From NCBI GenBank assembly GCA_020632925.1, contig JACKER010000007.1, positions 116,910-180,909 on the forward strand: DNA of 64,000 bases. The letters are read 5' to 3'. This DNA is from Alphaproteobacteria bacterium (GTDB taxonomy: Bacteria > Myxococcota_A > UBA796 > GCA-2862545). The notes under the pieces were generated by a model. It ran no database searches, was not told the DNA's origin, and saw only the letters and a program-made list of their open reading frames with translations. Made by a program: the position numbers and the translations under genes. How positions within the stretch are numbered: position 1 is the stretch's first letter; the number at the start of each line of letters is the position of its first letter. Shown piece after piece: positions 8,594-20,184 of this stretch.

Positions 8594-9658
8594 ATGGGTC
8601 GCAACATCAGCCTGGTGCTCGGCATCTCGATGATGACGCTCGCGGGGTGCGAGGTCATCCAGCAGGCGCTGGCGAGCTTGTCCGAGATCGAGCTGCTCGG
8701 CGTCGTCCCGGACCAGAACTTCTCGAACACGGGCACCGCCGGATACGGCAAGGTCCGGTTCGCCATCGGTGGCCGTGACGACCTCGGCCAGGCGCTGGCG
8801 CCCTTCGCCGACGAGATCGAGATCACCTCGGACGACGGCCAGAACGTCGACGAGACCCCGGGCGATCAGGTCGATGGGCACACCGCGGGCTCCTTCCTGT
8901 TCCTCGTGGACGGCTCGGGATCGACCGAGGCGGACCTGACCTGCGACGGCTGCCCCACCGACCCGAACCGCCTGCGCGTCGAGGCGACCAAGGCGCTCGC
9001 GCAGGAGCTCGGCTACTGCGGCGGCGGCTGGCGCATGTCGCTGATGGAGTTCGGCGGGTACCCGGACAACGGCTTCTCCGCGACCCACGTGCTGTCCGAC
9101 TGGACGACCGACGACGACGCGCTCGAGGCCGCCGCCGACGGGCTCTCCTCGTACTCGACCACCCCCCTGTGGGACTCGCTGTACGAGACGCTCGACGCGC
9201 TCGCCGCGGACGAGCCGACCGGGACGACGACCGTGGCCGACTCGGGCATCGACCTGGGCGGCGAGCGCGGCCGCGGGCTGGTGGTCGCGAGCGACGGCAC
9301 GGACAACGTCTCCAGCCACACGATCGACGACGTGGTGGCCAAGGCGACCTCGCTCGGCATCCCCGTGCACGCGATCGGCTTCGGCCCCGCGTCGGACTCG
9401 GACGCGAACCCGAACGACCTCGCCGTCCAGGCGCTGCAGAAGCTGGCCGGCGCGACCGGCGGGACCTACGGCTTCGTCTCCACGGTCGAGGACCTGCCCG
9501 CCCTGACGACCGCCATCGCCGGCGCGATGTGCGGCGGGTACACCGAGGTCGAGGGCACCTTCGACGAGCCGCCCCCCTCGGGCGACACCGTCACGGGCTC
9601 GCTGCGCCTGAAGGGAGCCCCCTCCATCGGCGTGCCCTACACCTTCCGCGCCCCCTGA
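8594..9658 (+). CDS. vWA domain lipoprotein
   Basis: Signal peptide with lipobox: MGRNISLVLGISMMTLAGC. RBS GGGAGGTGAGGA. Contains the vWA MIDAS motif LFLVDGSGST. Confidence 0.75.
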   Translation: MGRNISLVLGISMMTLAGCEVIQQALASLSEIELLGVVPDQNFSNTGTAGYGKVRFAIGGRDDLGQALAPFADEIEITSDDGQNVDETPGDQVDGHTAGSFLFLVDGSGSTEADLTCDGCPTDPNRLRVEATKALAQELGYCGGGWRMSLMEFGGYPDNGFSATHVLSDWTTDDDALEAAADGLSSYSTTPLWDSLYETLDALAADEPTGTTTVADSGIDLGGERGRGLVVASDGTDNVSSHTIDDVVAKATSLGIPVHAIGFGPASDSDANPNDLAVQALQKLAGATGGTYGFVSTVEDLPALTTAIAGAMCGGYTEVEGTFDEPPPSGDTVTGSLRLKGAPSIGVPYTFRAP

Positions 9659-10156
9659 TCAGAACGCGTTGGTGTTGACGACGATCTGCACGGGCGTGAG
9701 GACGGTGGCGCCGGTCGGGTCGACCGTGAGGTCGGCGATGGCGTAGGCGGGCCAGCTCTGGCTCGCCGACGCGCAGTCCGACGCGCAGAGGAAGACGGCC
9801 ACGTCGATCTCGTCGGGCTCGATGCCCTCGAGCGGGTCGCTCCCCGGGAAGTAGTCGATCTCGTCGGGCTCGATGCCGACGAGCGCCTGGCCGTTCGGGT
9901 CGATGCCGATGATGGCGTCGGCGGTGAACGGCGAGCCGTGCACGGTGGCGACGAGGTCGCCGGCGCGGTCACGGGCCACGGTGACGCCGCTCCCGCCCGT
10001 GGGGTCGAGGGTCGGCTGGAACATCAGCGAGATGCCGCCGGGGTCGAACGTGCTGGTGCTGGTCATGGTGCTGGTGTCGCACCGCACGTAGAAGGCCTCC
10101 TTGGGCTTCGAGCCGGCGTGGGCGGAGGTGGCGAGCAGGGCGAGGGCGAAGGTCAT
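9659..10156 (-). CDS. secreted hypothetical protein
   Basis: The start was moved to MTFALALLATSAHAGS (Sec signal), preceded by AAAGGAGC. The C-terminus ends ...VVNTNAF. Confidence 0.5.
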   Translation of the reverse strand: MTFALALLATSAHAGSKPKEAFYVRCDTSTMTSTSTFDPGGISLMFQPTLDPTGGSGVTVARDRAGDLVATVHGSPFTADAIIGIDPNGQALVGIEPDEIDYFPGSDPLEGIEPDEIDVAVFLCASDCASASQSWPAYAIADLTVDPTGATVLTPVQIVVNTNAF

Positions 10157-10525
10157 GGTGAGCTCCTTTCGGTTGTGCTCACCGTCATCGCAGGAGCCGT
10201 GCCCGGCGGATTCCAAGGATTCCGCAGGTTCATCCGTTGGGGCGGTGCGCGGTCATGCGCGGGCGCGCGTGCACCGAGCGTGACGCGCGAGCCGTTCCAG
10301 TTACTCCGGCCGATTCTCGGCCTCCGCGGCCCGCAGTCGCGGGCCTTGACGAAGAGCCTCCTCCCGACCGCCGCGCGCGAGAGCGGGGCGCAAGCGCCTT
10401 TTTCCGCCCTCGCGCACGACAACCGGGAGTCGATTCGTCCGCCGGCGGCCGAGGGTCTCGACGGCCTTCGCGCCGTCCACTCCAGGACGGACCGGCATCA
10501 GAACGGGAAGGGAAGGGAAGGGGGA

Positions 10526-10598
10526 CGGTTCGTACGGGATTCGAACCCGTGATCTCCCACGTGACAGGCGGGCGTCCGTACCACTGGACCAACGAACC
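10526..10598 (-). tRNA. tRNA-Asp (anticodon GTC)
   Basis: The reverse complement is GGTTCGTTGGTCCAGTGGTAGGACGCCCGCCTGTCACGTGGGAGATCACGGGTTCGAATCCCGTACGAACCG. It shows a 7-bp acceptor stem, D and T arms, the GGTTCGAATCC T-loop, and the anticodon loop CTGTCAC. CCA is not encoded. Confidence 0.85.
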
Positions 10599-11169
10599 AG
10601 AAGCAATCACGAAGCAAACGATGCAGACGGGTGCGCCCACCGCCATCCGTGATGGATGACGTCGAAACACGGGCCCGGAAACGAAAAACCCCCGGGTCCA
10701 TCGTCGGAGCCGGGGGCTTCTGCGCGATCGGAGGCCGATCGTCGCGTCACGCACCCGAGTCCGGGACGGACCCGCTGGTATCTCGGTCCGCCGCGGGGAA
10801 GCGGAGGCCGGGCTGCGGCACGAGGTGGTAGGCGTTCGTCATGGTTGGAGGGGTAAGCCGATGGGGATCGCCTGTCCAGGAGATCGTGTAGATTTCTCGT
10901 GAGTTGGCCTCACACGGTCTTTTGTAGGAATGTGCTTGCCGGATCCGAGTCGAACGGGCTAGCTCCAGACCATGCTGGTGATCCCCGCCATCGCTCCGTC
11001 GACGCTCGCGTGCACCTCCTCGTGCTCGTGGGATTCGACCGTGGTGTCGGGGGGCTGACCAGCATGCTGCGCCCCCGGCACGGACGCCGGGGTGCCACCG
11101 CCTCCTGGTCTCCGTGTCGGTGGTGCGGATCCACCACCAACCACCCTCTCAGGAGGACGGAGGCCCGTG

Positions 11170-12345
<1,176 letters not shown>

Positions 12346-12381
12346 AGCACAGGGGCTCGGGGGCTTCGCGCTCCCGAGCTC

Positions 12382-13686
12382 CTACCGCTGCCAGCACCAG
12401 TTGGTGGAGGTGGTGCAGTGGTCGCGGACGTAGGCGCTGTACGAGCAGCTGCCCGAACCGCAGTTGTACCCCGGGTTGCCGGCGGGCTCGAGCTTGTAGT
12501 CCTCGGCGGCGCCCTGGCCGCTGCAGTACCGCGAGTCGCCCCAGCCAGACAGGTACGCCCGCTGGTTCACCGACGTGTTGCTGGTCGAGCAGTGGTAGTC
12601 CGTGGGCTGGCCGCCGAAGAGCAGGGCGCACGCGTCCAGGCAGCTGTACACCGGCGGATCCGTCGTCCAGTCCGGACCGTCGCCCACGAGGAAGGAGCCG
12701 ATCGGGCCGCACCGCGGGTCGACGCCGTCGCAGTTCTGGTCGATGCCGTCCTCGCAGATCTCGCGAGCGCCCGGGTACCGCGTGGGGTCGGTGTCGGCGC
12801 AGTCGAGCCCGCCCGTCGCGCTCACGAGGTCGCCACCGGGGTACGAGCACTGGACGACCACGGCGTCACCCGCGCCGAAGCCGTCGCCATCGAGGTCGCG
12901 CAGCCAGCCCGCCACCTCGTACACGTCGGGATCGTCGTCGTCGCAGTCCGACCCGTCCTCCGACAGGCCGGGCCCGAGCTCGCAGGCCTTCACGGTGCTG
13001 CCGGGTCGGCCGTACCCGTCTCCGTCCTCGTCCTCGTAGAAGGTGTCGACGATGAAGGAGGCGTCGTTGTCGTCGCAGTCGCCACCCGTGGCGGTCCATC
13101 CGCTCGGGGGCAGGCAGGCGCGGCGGGTGATGTCGGGGTTACCGGCGCCGTCGCGGTCCGCGTCCCGGTAATAGACGATCATCGAGTCCGGATCGGTGTC
13201 GTCGTCGTCGTCGTCCACGAACCCGTCGCAGTCGTCGTCCCCGTTCCCGCAGCGCTCGACCGCCTCGGGGTTCACGTCCGGCTTCGTGTCGTCGCAGTCG
13301 AGGTCGTTGTCGACGAAGCCGTCCGGCGCCTTGCAGGCGAGCAGGCTCTGGTACGCCCCACCGAAGCCGTCGCCGTCCTCGTCGATCCAGAACTGGTCGA
13401 GCTTGGGCAGCCCCTGGTCGATCGACCCGTCGCAGTCGTCGTCGATCCCGTTGCACGCTTCCTTGGTGTCGGGGTTCCGCTCCGGGTCGGTGTCGTCGCA
13501 GTCGAGCGGTTGGTCCACCTGTCCCGCCTCGAGGGCGCACACCTTGCCCAGCGACGCGCCGCCGAAGCCGTCGCCATCGTCGTCCGCCCAGGCGTCGATC
13601 GTGGGCAGGCAGGCGGGTTCGGGCTGCGCGCAGCTGGCTGCGAACAGACCGGATCCAACGAGGAGCAGCAGGGTCGAGATCCGCAT
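12382..13686 (-). CDS. lipoprotein with MopE-like putative metal-binding repeats
   Basis: Lipobox LFAASC. Repeated DxDGDGFG...DCDDTDPxxNP...CNGxDDDCDG modules, and a Cys-rich C-terminus. Confidence 0.7.
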   Translation of the reverse strand: MRISTLLLLVGSGLFAASCAQPEPACLPTIDAWADDDGDGFGGASLGKVCALEAGQVDQPLDCDDTDPERNPDTKEACNGIDDDCDGSIDQGLPKLDQFWIDEDGDGFGGAYQSLLACKAPDGFVDNDLDCDDTKPDVNPEAVERCGNGDDDCDGFVDDDDDDTDPDSMIVYYRDADRDGAGNPDITRRACLPPSGWTATGGDCDDNDASFIVDTFYEDEDGDGYGRPGSTVKACELGPGLSEDGSDCDDDDPDVYEVAGWLRDLDGDGFGAGDAVVVQCSYPGGDLVSATGGLDCADTDPTRYPGAREICEDGIDQNCDGVDPRCGPIGSFLVGDGPDWTTDPPVYSCLDACALLFGGQPTDYHCSTSNTSVNQRAYLSGWGDSRYCSGQGAAEDYKLEPAGNPGYNCGSGSCSYSAYVRDHCTTSTNWCWQR

Positions 13687-13693
13687 GGAAGCA

Positions 13694-15031
13694 CTATACC
13701 GTGGGTCGGCCCTCGGGTGAGCGGCCGAGTCGCTGGACCAGCTCGCGGTGGGCGTCCCGCGTGAGCGGCGGCAACCACACCGCCCCGATGGCCGCGAGCA
13801 CCAGGACGACGGCCGGCACCGGACCGATCAGCACGCGGATGGCCAGCTGCGCGAGCTCGGGCTGCGTCGCCGCCCCCTCGGTGTACCCCGCGGCCTGCAG
13901 TCCCAGCCCCAGGCCCCACAGCGCCATGGCGGTCGCCAGCTTCTCGAGGAAGGTCATCACGCCGTAGAAGGCGCCCGCCCGGTCCAGCCCCTGCTCGGCG
14001 CGATCGAGCTCGACCACGTCCGGGAGCATGGACCAGGGCAGGACGTGCGCCGCCGCGACGCCCGGACCCACCAACGTGGCGATGCACAGGGCCGCGGTCG
14101 CAGCCCCCTGGGGAACGGCCGCGAGCAGCAGCATCACGAACGCCCAGCTGCCCACGAGCGCGGCGTACGCGAGGTGCTTCTCGCGCCGCGCCGCGAGCCA
14201 CACCACCCCCGGGATGCACGCCAGCGCCGACAGCTGGATCGCCGCGAACGTGGCGTCGAGCAGCTCCGGGTGCCGCAGGTGGTGCTCGACGTAGAAGGGG
14301 ACCAGCGCGGAGAGCACGGCGATGCTCGACCATGCGGCGAGGAAGAGCGCGCTCGTCCTGCGGAACGCCTGGTTGCCCAGGACCGACCACATGCTCCCCG
14401 TGTGCGGCGTGACCTCGCCGGGCACGTCGCGTCCGGCGGTGGCGACGACGCTGATCGCGAGGGGCACGAGCATGACCACGGCCAGCAGGACGCCCGCCAG
14501 GCGCCACGAGCCCCAGGGCTGGCCGAGGACGACGGGCAGGCCGACGCCCGCGACGATGCCGCCGACCATGGACCAGCCCATGCGCGCGGCGTTGAGGCGG
14601 GTGCGCTCGTCGTAGTCGGTGGTGAGCGCGGGCGTCAGCGCGCCGTACGGGACGACGACCGCGGTGTACGCCGTGTTGTACGCCAGGAGCAGCCCCGTGT
14701 ACGCCGCCGCTGCGACCGTGCCCTGCAGCGGAAGCCCCCACCACAGCGACGCGAAGAACACGGCGAAGGGCACCGCACCGAGCGCGATCCACGGGCGGCG
14801 TGCGCCCCAGGACGTGCGGGTGGCGTCGGACATCCGGCCCACCACCGGATCGCTCACGGCGTCCCACAGCTTGCCCACCATCAGCACCGAGCCTGCGGTC
14901 GCGGGCGACAGCCCCGCCGCGTCGACCAGGTACTTCAGGAGGAAGAACATCACCGACGTGTTCGCGACGGCCAGCGCCAACGCTGCCGAGCCGTAGCCGT
15001 GTCGCACGGCAGGGGGGAGCCGCTCGCTCAT
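13694..15031 (-). CDS. MFS transporter, glycoside-pentoside-hexuronide (GPH) family-like
   Basis: Start MSERLPP with RBS GGAGGT. Motif GKLWDAVSDPVVGRMSDATRTSWGARRPW (GPH signature D..D..G..DRT...G.RRPW). 12 TM segments are predicted by eye. Confidence 0.75.
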   Translation of the reverse strand: MSERLPPAVRHGYGSAALALAVANTSVMFFLLKYLVDAAGLSPATAGSVLMVGKLWDAVSDPVVGRMSDATRTSWGARRPWIALGAVPFAVFFASLWWGLPLQGTVAAAAYTGLLLAYNTAYTAVVVPYGALTPALTTDYDERTRLNAARMGWSMVGGIVAGVGLPVVLGQPWGSWRLAGVLLAVVMLVPLAISVVATAGRDVPGEVTPHTGSMWSVLGNQAFRRTSALFLAAWSSIAVLSALVPFYVEHHLRHPELLDATFAAIQLSALACIPGVVWLAARREKHLAYAALVGSWAFVMLLLAAVPQGAATAALCIATLVGPGVAAAHVLPWSMLPDVVELDRAEQGLDRAGAFYGVMTFLEKLATAMALWGLGLGLQAAGYTEGAATQPELAQLAIRVLIGPVPAVVLVLAAIGAVWLPPLTRDAHRELVQRLGRSPEGRPTV

Positions 15032-15146
15032 GGGGTGACCTCCGCTGAGGTCCGATGCAGGCTCCGTGCCTGCCGACCCACCATCCATCGTCGCCGATCG
15101 ACGACGATCCGGGGCAGGGCTGTCCCCGATGGGTGACGACGGGCGA

Positions 15147-17414
15147 TCATGCAGCTCCGATGGGTGCCGGGACCTCGGACACCAGCCGGAAGCTCACGAA
15201 GCTGTAGCGGAAGCCCGGCTGCACACCCGACCGGCACGCGCAGCGCAGGTCGTCGGCGTCGTCTCCCCAGGTGCCCCCACGGAGCACCATCTGGCCTTCG
15301 TCGAACATGGACGCGGTCCACTCGCGCATGCCGCCCGCCAGGTCCTTCACGCCGTAGACCGAGGTGTCGACGGGGTATCGGCCCACCGGCCATGGGCGCG
15401 GAGCACCCGGGCGCGACCGTCGCATGTGGGCGTAGGTCGGGTCGAAGCCGTCCCCCCAGGGGTAGCTGCGGCCGTCGACCCCGCGCGCCGCCTTCTCCCA
15501 CTCCTCCTCGGTCAGCAGCCGGACCGGGCGCCCGTGTCGCTCGCCGAACCACGAGGCGTAGGCCTGCGCGTCCGACAGGTCGATCGCGGTGATCGGCCAG
15601 TCCGGCTCCCAACCCGGGGGCAGGTGCCAGCGCTCGCCGTCGTGCTGGAAGAAGCCCCGCTCGCCCCCGAACAGCCCGACCTCGCCGGGGACGTGGCGGC
15701 GCGCGGCCTCGAGGTCCAGGTCGTCGAGGAAGCTGAGCCAGTCGACGGATCGGACGCAGGTCCGCATCACGAACCGGTCGCCGATGGACGGTGAGCACGG
15801 ATCGAGGGGCTGGCGGGCACGCGGATCGCCGCCCATGCGGAACGGGCCCGCGGGGACCTGGCAGAAGTCCGCGCCGACCTCTTCGGGCCGGTAGAGGCGG
15901 ATCGTGCTCCGCTGGTGCTGCATCCGCTCGAGCAGCAGGGGCACCCGCGCCGTCGCCATCCCCTCCGCCTGGATCTCCAGCAGGTAGGAGCCTGGCGGCA
16001 GCGGGTGCCGCTCGAGCGGGAGCCGGACCCGCTCGACGGGTTCGGGGAACAGCCGTCCGTCGCGAGGGACGAAGCGGAAGACCTCGGCCGTGGCGCCCGG
16101 CGCGGAGGCGTCGAGGGACACCGTCGCGGGGGCGGAGAGCTGGCGGCCGTAGCGCCCATCGTCGTACCGCAGCACGCGCGCCGTGCTGACCGCGACCTCG
16201 GCGGGATCCTGGTTCTGCTCGCCGCGTCGCAGACGCTCCCACCACGCCTCGGCCTGCAGCGCGCGCGGCTCGGGCTCGTCGGGCAGCAGCGCCGCGGCGA
16301 CGGTCGCGCTCTCGGCAGCGGTGATCCACTCGTCGAGGCTCTCCTCCTGCAACGCGCGCGCACGCTCCTCCGCCTCCCAGGCGGGCCGCTTCTGCTCGAT
16401 CGGCGCGTGGCCCGGCACGCGGCTCGCCAGCACCACCGCGACCTGCCGCTCCTGCTGCGCCCGACGGTCGAGCTCGCGGTACGACTCGAGCGCGTGGCGG
16501 GAGGTGTCCATCCGTTCGGTGGCGGCGGCACGACGGCGAGCCTCCTCCGCGGCTCCGGTGAGCACGGCGTCCAGCCGGCGACCGAGCTCGTCCGCGGTGG
16601 GGCGACCCCGCGGGTCGGGCGCGAGCGCGGCGGCGACGAGCGCGTCGAGCTCGGTGTCCACCGTCACCAGCGTGGACAGCCGCGGCGCCGCCTGCTCCCG
16701 CCACGACGCCAGGTGCTCGCCGAGCGTGGCGTCGCCCATCCGCACGCGCAGCGGCCGCAGGGCCACGACCTCCCAGAGCAGCGCCCCCAGCGACCACACG
16801 TCGCCCGCCGAGGTGGGGGGCTCGCCGCGCAAGCGCTCGGGGGCCGCGTGTGCGGGCTCGCTCTCGCCGCCTTCCGCCGAGCCCCAGTCGAGCAGGAAGG
16901 GGTCACCCGAGTCCGCGAGTGCGACGTTCCCCGGGTGCAGATCGCCGTGCACCAGCCCGAGCTCGTGGGCGCGCGCGACCGCGTCCACCAGGACCCGCGC
17001 CTGGGCGAGCCGGCGGGCGAGCGGCCAGTCGCCGTGGTCGCGGGTCGTGCGGGCGAGACGCTGGGCCAGCGTCGTCCGGGGCGCGAGCCGGAGCTCGAGG
17101 CAGAGCAGCCCGCCCGCCGCCGCGATCCGGTGGACCGGGAGCACGGCGGGGTGGGCCAGGCGCGCTGCCGTCCGTGCCTCGCGCAGCAGCGCCTCTCGCG
17201 CGGCCGCGCCACCGTCGGGACGCGCGATCTTCACGGCCACCTCGCGGTCCAGGAGCGGATCGTGCGCCCGGTACACCCAGCCCGTCCCTCCACGCGCGAT
17301 CAGCTCGACCACGCGCAGACCGAGGTCCGCGGGGAAGGCGGGTGCGTCCGGGTGCTCCACGCCCTCGCCACCCGCGCCGGGCACGAGACGGTCGAGCAGG
17401 TCGTCGAAGCCCAT
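15147..17414 (-). CDS. Ser/Thr protein kinase fused to a formylglycine-generating enzyme (FGE/SUMF1) domain
   Basis: Kinase motifs VAVKIAR, HGDLHPGNV, DWGSAEGG. C-terminal FGE-sulfatase domain (YGVKDLAGGMREWT, RGGTWGDDADDLRCACR). The start was set at MGFDDLL, whose ATG overlaps the TGA of the upstream EBP gene (TGATG). Confidence 0.75.
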   Translation of the reverse strand: MGFDDLLDRLVPGAGGEGVEHPDAPAFPADLGLRVVELIARGGTGWVYRAHDPLLDREVAVKIARPDGGAAAREALLREARTAARLAHPAVLPVHRIAAAGGLLCLELRLAPRTTLAQRLARTTRDHGDWPLARRLAQARVLVDAVARAHELGLVHGDLHPGNVALADSGDPFLLDWGSAEGGESEPAHAAPERLRGEPPTSAGDVWSLGALLWEVVALRPLRVRMGDATLGEHLASWREQAAPRLSTLVTVDTELDALVAAALAPDPRGRPTADELGRRLDAVLTGAAEEARRRAAATERMDTSRHALESYRELDRRAQQERQVAVVLASRVPGHAPIEQKRPAWEAEERARALQEESLDEWITAAESATVAAALLPDEPEPRALQAEAWWERLRRGEQNQDPAEVAVSTARVLRYDDGRYGRQLSAPATVSLDASAPGATAEVFRFVPRDGRLFPEPVERVRLPLERHPLPPGSYLLEIQAEGMATARVPLLLERMQHQRSTIRLYRPEEVGADFCQVPAGPFRMGGDPRARQPLDPCSPSIGDRFVMRTCVRSVDWLSFLDDLDLEAARRHVPGEVGLFGGERGFFQHDGERWHLPPGWEPDWPITAIDLSDAQAYASWFGERHGRPVRLLTEEEWEKAARGVDGRSYPWGDGFDPTYAHMRRSRPGAPRPWPVGRYPVDTSVYGVKDLAGGMREWTASMFDEGQMVLRGGTWGDDADDLRCACRSGVQPGFRYSFVSFRLVSEVPAPIGAA

Positions 17415-18955
17415 CACTCCCACCGCGTCAGCAGGCGGTGCAGCCACTGGCGGCTCACGCCGAGCCGCTCGGCCGCGCGCGTCCGGTGCCCGTCCTCAGC
17501 CCGCAGCGCCGCCTCCACCATCTTGCGCTGGAAGGCCTCGGTCGCAGCGAGCAGATCGGTCGGCGGAGCCACGTCCTCCTCGGGCTGCGCGGTGGCGGGG
17601 GCCACGCCCAGGTGCTCCGGGCCGACCGCGTCCGCACGCGCAGCCATCGAGCGCGCGAGCCCCTGGCGCAGCACGTTCTCGAGCTCGCGCACGTTGCCCG
17701 GCCAGCCCCGCGAGGACAGCTCGTCGAGCGCCGCGTCGGTGATGCGCACGCGCCGTCCCCCCGGGACCTCCTCCGCGGCCTTCGCCAGCAGGTGCCGAGC
17801 GAGATCGGGGACGTCGGACCGGCGGTCGCGCAGCGGTGGCGTGCGCAGGACGCAGGCGGCGAGGCGGTAGTAGAGATCCTCGCGGAACGACCCGCGGGTC
17901 TCGGCACTCTCGAGATCCCGGAGCGTGGCAGCCACGATCCGGCCCTCGAAGCGCTGCTCGCGCGCGCCGCCGACCGGCTCGAAGGTACGCTCCTGGAGCA
18001 GGCGCAGCAGCTTGACCTGCAGCCGAGGCGCGAGCTCGCCGACCTCGTCGAGGAACAACGTCCCCCGGCCGGTGCGCGCGACCAGGCCCTCGTGGCGGCG
18101 GTCGGCGCCGGTGAACGCACCGCGCTCGTGCCCGAACAGCGTGCTCTCCGCGAGCTCGTCGGGGATGGCGCCGCAGTTGACGGCGACGAAGGGTTCGGCG
18201 GCGCGGGGCGACAGGCGGTGCAGGGCGCGCGCGACGAGCTCCTTGCCCGTGCCGCTCTCCCCGAGCACCAGGACCGGCCAGGGCATCGCGGCGAAGGCGC
18301 GGATCCCGTCGTAGAGCTCGCCCATCGCCGGGCTCTCGCCCACCAGCCCCTCGACCGGCTCGATCGCGCGTCGCGCCACGGACGCCGAGCGGGGCTCGAG
18401 GAAGGGCGCGGCCAGGCGGCACAGCGCGGTCAGGCGGTACCGCGCGTCCAGCACGAAGCGACCCGGGTGGTCCGGATCCTGGAGGTAGAGCACGCCACGG
18501 CGACCCAGCGGGATGCAGCCGACGGAGCGCGTCGTGAGGGCCCGGAGGCTCTCCGAGGCAGCGAAGCGCGCGTCGCTGGCGGCGTCGTCGGTCCACACGG
18601 CGCGCCCTTCCCTGGCCGCGCGCGCGATCACCGTGTTCGAGATCTCGCCCGGCGCGGGCAGCTCCACGCCGTCGCCCGCGAAGGCCCGGAAGCTGGCGCG
18701 TCCACGCTCCAGATCGCCCGACCAGGTCACCGCCCACGCGAACGGCGCCTCCGTGAGCTGGCGCGCCTCGCGGACGAGCAGGCCGAGCACCTCGGCGGGC
18801 CCCGCGCAGCGGACCAGGGGGGCGAGACGGTCCTGGGCCCACGCGACGGCGTCGGTGGCGCGGAGCAGGCGCCTCACATCGTCGGCGACCTCCTCGAACA
18901 AGTCGGGGGCGCGGACCTGGAGCGAGAGCAGGGACGGGGGGAGATCCGAGGACAT
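17414..18955 (-). CDS. sigma54-dependent transcriptional regulator (GAF + AAA+ + Fis-HTH)
   Basis: The start is set at MSSDLPP; the first 338 codons of the 851-aa ORF are Arg/Ser junk. It has an N-terminal GAF-like domain, GESGTGKE, the GAFTGA motif, and a C-terminal HTH (GVSRQWLHRLL). Confidence 0.75.
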   Translation of the reverse strand: MSSDLPPSLLSLQVRAPDLFEEVADDVRRLLRATDAVAWAQDRLAPLVRCAGPAEVLGLLVREARQLTEAPFAWAVTWSGDLERGRASFRAFAGDGVELPAPGEISNTVIARAAREGRAVWTDDAASDARFAASESLRALTTRSVGCIPLGRRGVLYLQDPDHPGRFVLDARYRLTALCRLAAPFLEPRSASVARRAIEPVEGLVGESPAMGELYDGIRAFAAMPWPVLVLGESGTGKELVARALHRLSPRAAEPFVAVNCGAIPDELAESTLFGHERGAFTGADRRHEGLVARTGRGTLFLDEVGELAPRLQVKLLRLLQERTFEPVGGAREQRFEGRIVAATLRDLESAETRGSFREDLYYRLAACVLRTPPLRDRRSDVPDLARHLLAKAAEEVPGGRRVRITDAALDELSSRGWPGNVRELENVLRQGLARSMAARADAVGPEHLGVAPATAQPEEDVAPPTDLLAATEAFQRKMVEAALRAEDGHRTRAAERLGVSRQWLHRLLTRWE

Positions 18956-19046
18956 CGCGGCATGGTCGGCCCAACTCGACCGGTTGTCAACGATGGGAGA
19001 CAACCAGCGGGCACGGGCCTTGCTTGGTGACCGGCAGGAGGTCGAT

Positions 19047-20177
19047 GTGTCCATCCGAGTCCGCGAGGTCGAGAGCGCCGCCGATCGGGAGCGATTCCTG
19101 GAGCTGCCCCGTCGCCTGCACGCCGACGATCCGGCCTGGGTGGGGCCGCCCGTGGCGTGGCTCCGGCGCCGCCTGGCCCCGAGCAACCCGTTCTTCGACG
19201 ACGCTGAGCTGAAGCTGTTCCTGGCGGAGCGAGGCGGCGAGGTGGTGGGCACCATCTCGGTCCTCCGCGACCGGAGGCACGAGGAGCACCGCGGCGAGGC
19301 GGTGGCGTTCTTCGGCTTCTTCGAGTGCGTCGACGATCCCGCCGTGGCCGAGGCGCTGTTCGACCGGGCGCGGGCCGTCGCGCGTGGCTGGGGTGCCTCG
19401 GTGCTTCGCGGGCCGCGCGATCTGTCGCGCGTGGAGCACGTCGGGCTCACGATCGAGGGGCACGACGTGCCGCCGCCCATGCTCGCGGGCCACCACCCCG
19501 CGTGGTACCGCCCGCTCGTCGAGGGGCAGGGCTTCCAGAAGCACCACGACCACCTGGCGTACGAGACGCCGGTGATCGGCCCCGACGGCGAGCGCCGGGA
19601 GCTCCCGCGGATGCTCGCCCGCCAGGCGCGGATGTGCCGCCTGCCGGGGCTCGAGATCCAGCGAGCGCGCTGGCGCCGCCTCGGACGCGACCTGTCCGCG
19701 GCCCACGAGGTGTTCGTCGAGGCCTTCCGCGACGTGCCGGAGAACACGCCGATGCCCAAGGCGCAGTTCCTGGCGTTGGGTCGCGCCTTCCTCCTCGTGA
19801 GCGATACGCGCATGATGCAGCTGGCGACGGTCGACGGGCGGGTCGCCGGGTTCGCGCTGTGCTTCCCCGAGCTCAACGAGGCGCTGGCGGCCGGCCGGGG
19901 ACGGCGGGGCCTGCTGGGCGCGGCGCGCGCGGTCCTCGGGCTGCGGCGGGTGCGGACGGCGAGCTTCAAGCTGCTCGGCGTGCTCCCGGAACACCGTCGA
20001 TCGGGGCTGTATGCTCGGCTCGTGGCCGAGGCGATCGAGGGCGTCCGCCAGGCGGGCTACGAGCGGCTCGAGGCCTCGCTGATCGACGAACGGAACCGCC
20101 CTATGCGCCACATCGTCGAGGCAGCGGGCATGACGGTCTACAAGCGGTACCGGGTGTACGAGCAGCCCCTGGCCTGA
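19047..20177 (+). CDS. GNAT-fold acyltransferase-like protein
   Basis: GTG start preceded by AGGAGGTCGAT. 376 aa. A conserved acyl-CoA N-acyltransferase-like core (LPEHRRSGLYARLVAEAI). Divergent from the EBP gene. Confidence 0.55.
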   Translation: MSIRVREVESAADRERFLELPRRLHADDPAWVGPPVAWLRRRLAPSNPFFDDAELKLFLAERGGEVVGTISVLRDRRHEEHRGEAVAFFGFFECVDDPAVAEALFDRARAVARGWGASVLRGPRDLSRVEHVGLTIEGHDVPPPMLAGHHPAWYRPLVEGQGFQKHHDHLAYETPVIGPDGERRELPRMLARQARMCRLPGLEIQRARWRRLGRDLSAAHEVFVEAFRDVPENTPMPKAQFLALGRAFLLVSDTRMMQLATVDGRVAGFALCFPELNEALAAGRGRRGLLGAARAVLGLRRVRTASFKLLGVLPEHRRSGLYARLVAEAIEGVRQAGYERLEASLIDERNRPMRHIVEAAGMTVYKRYRVYEQPLA

Positions 20178-20184
20178 GCGCGGC

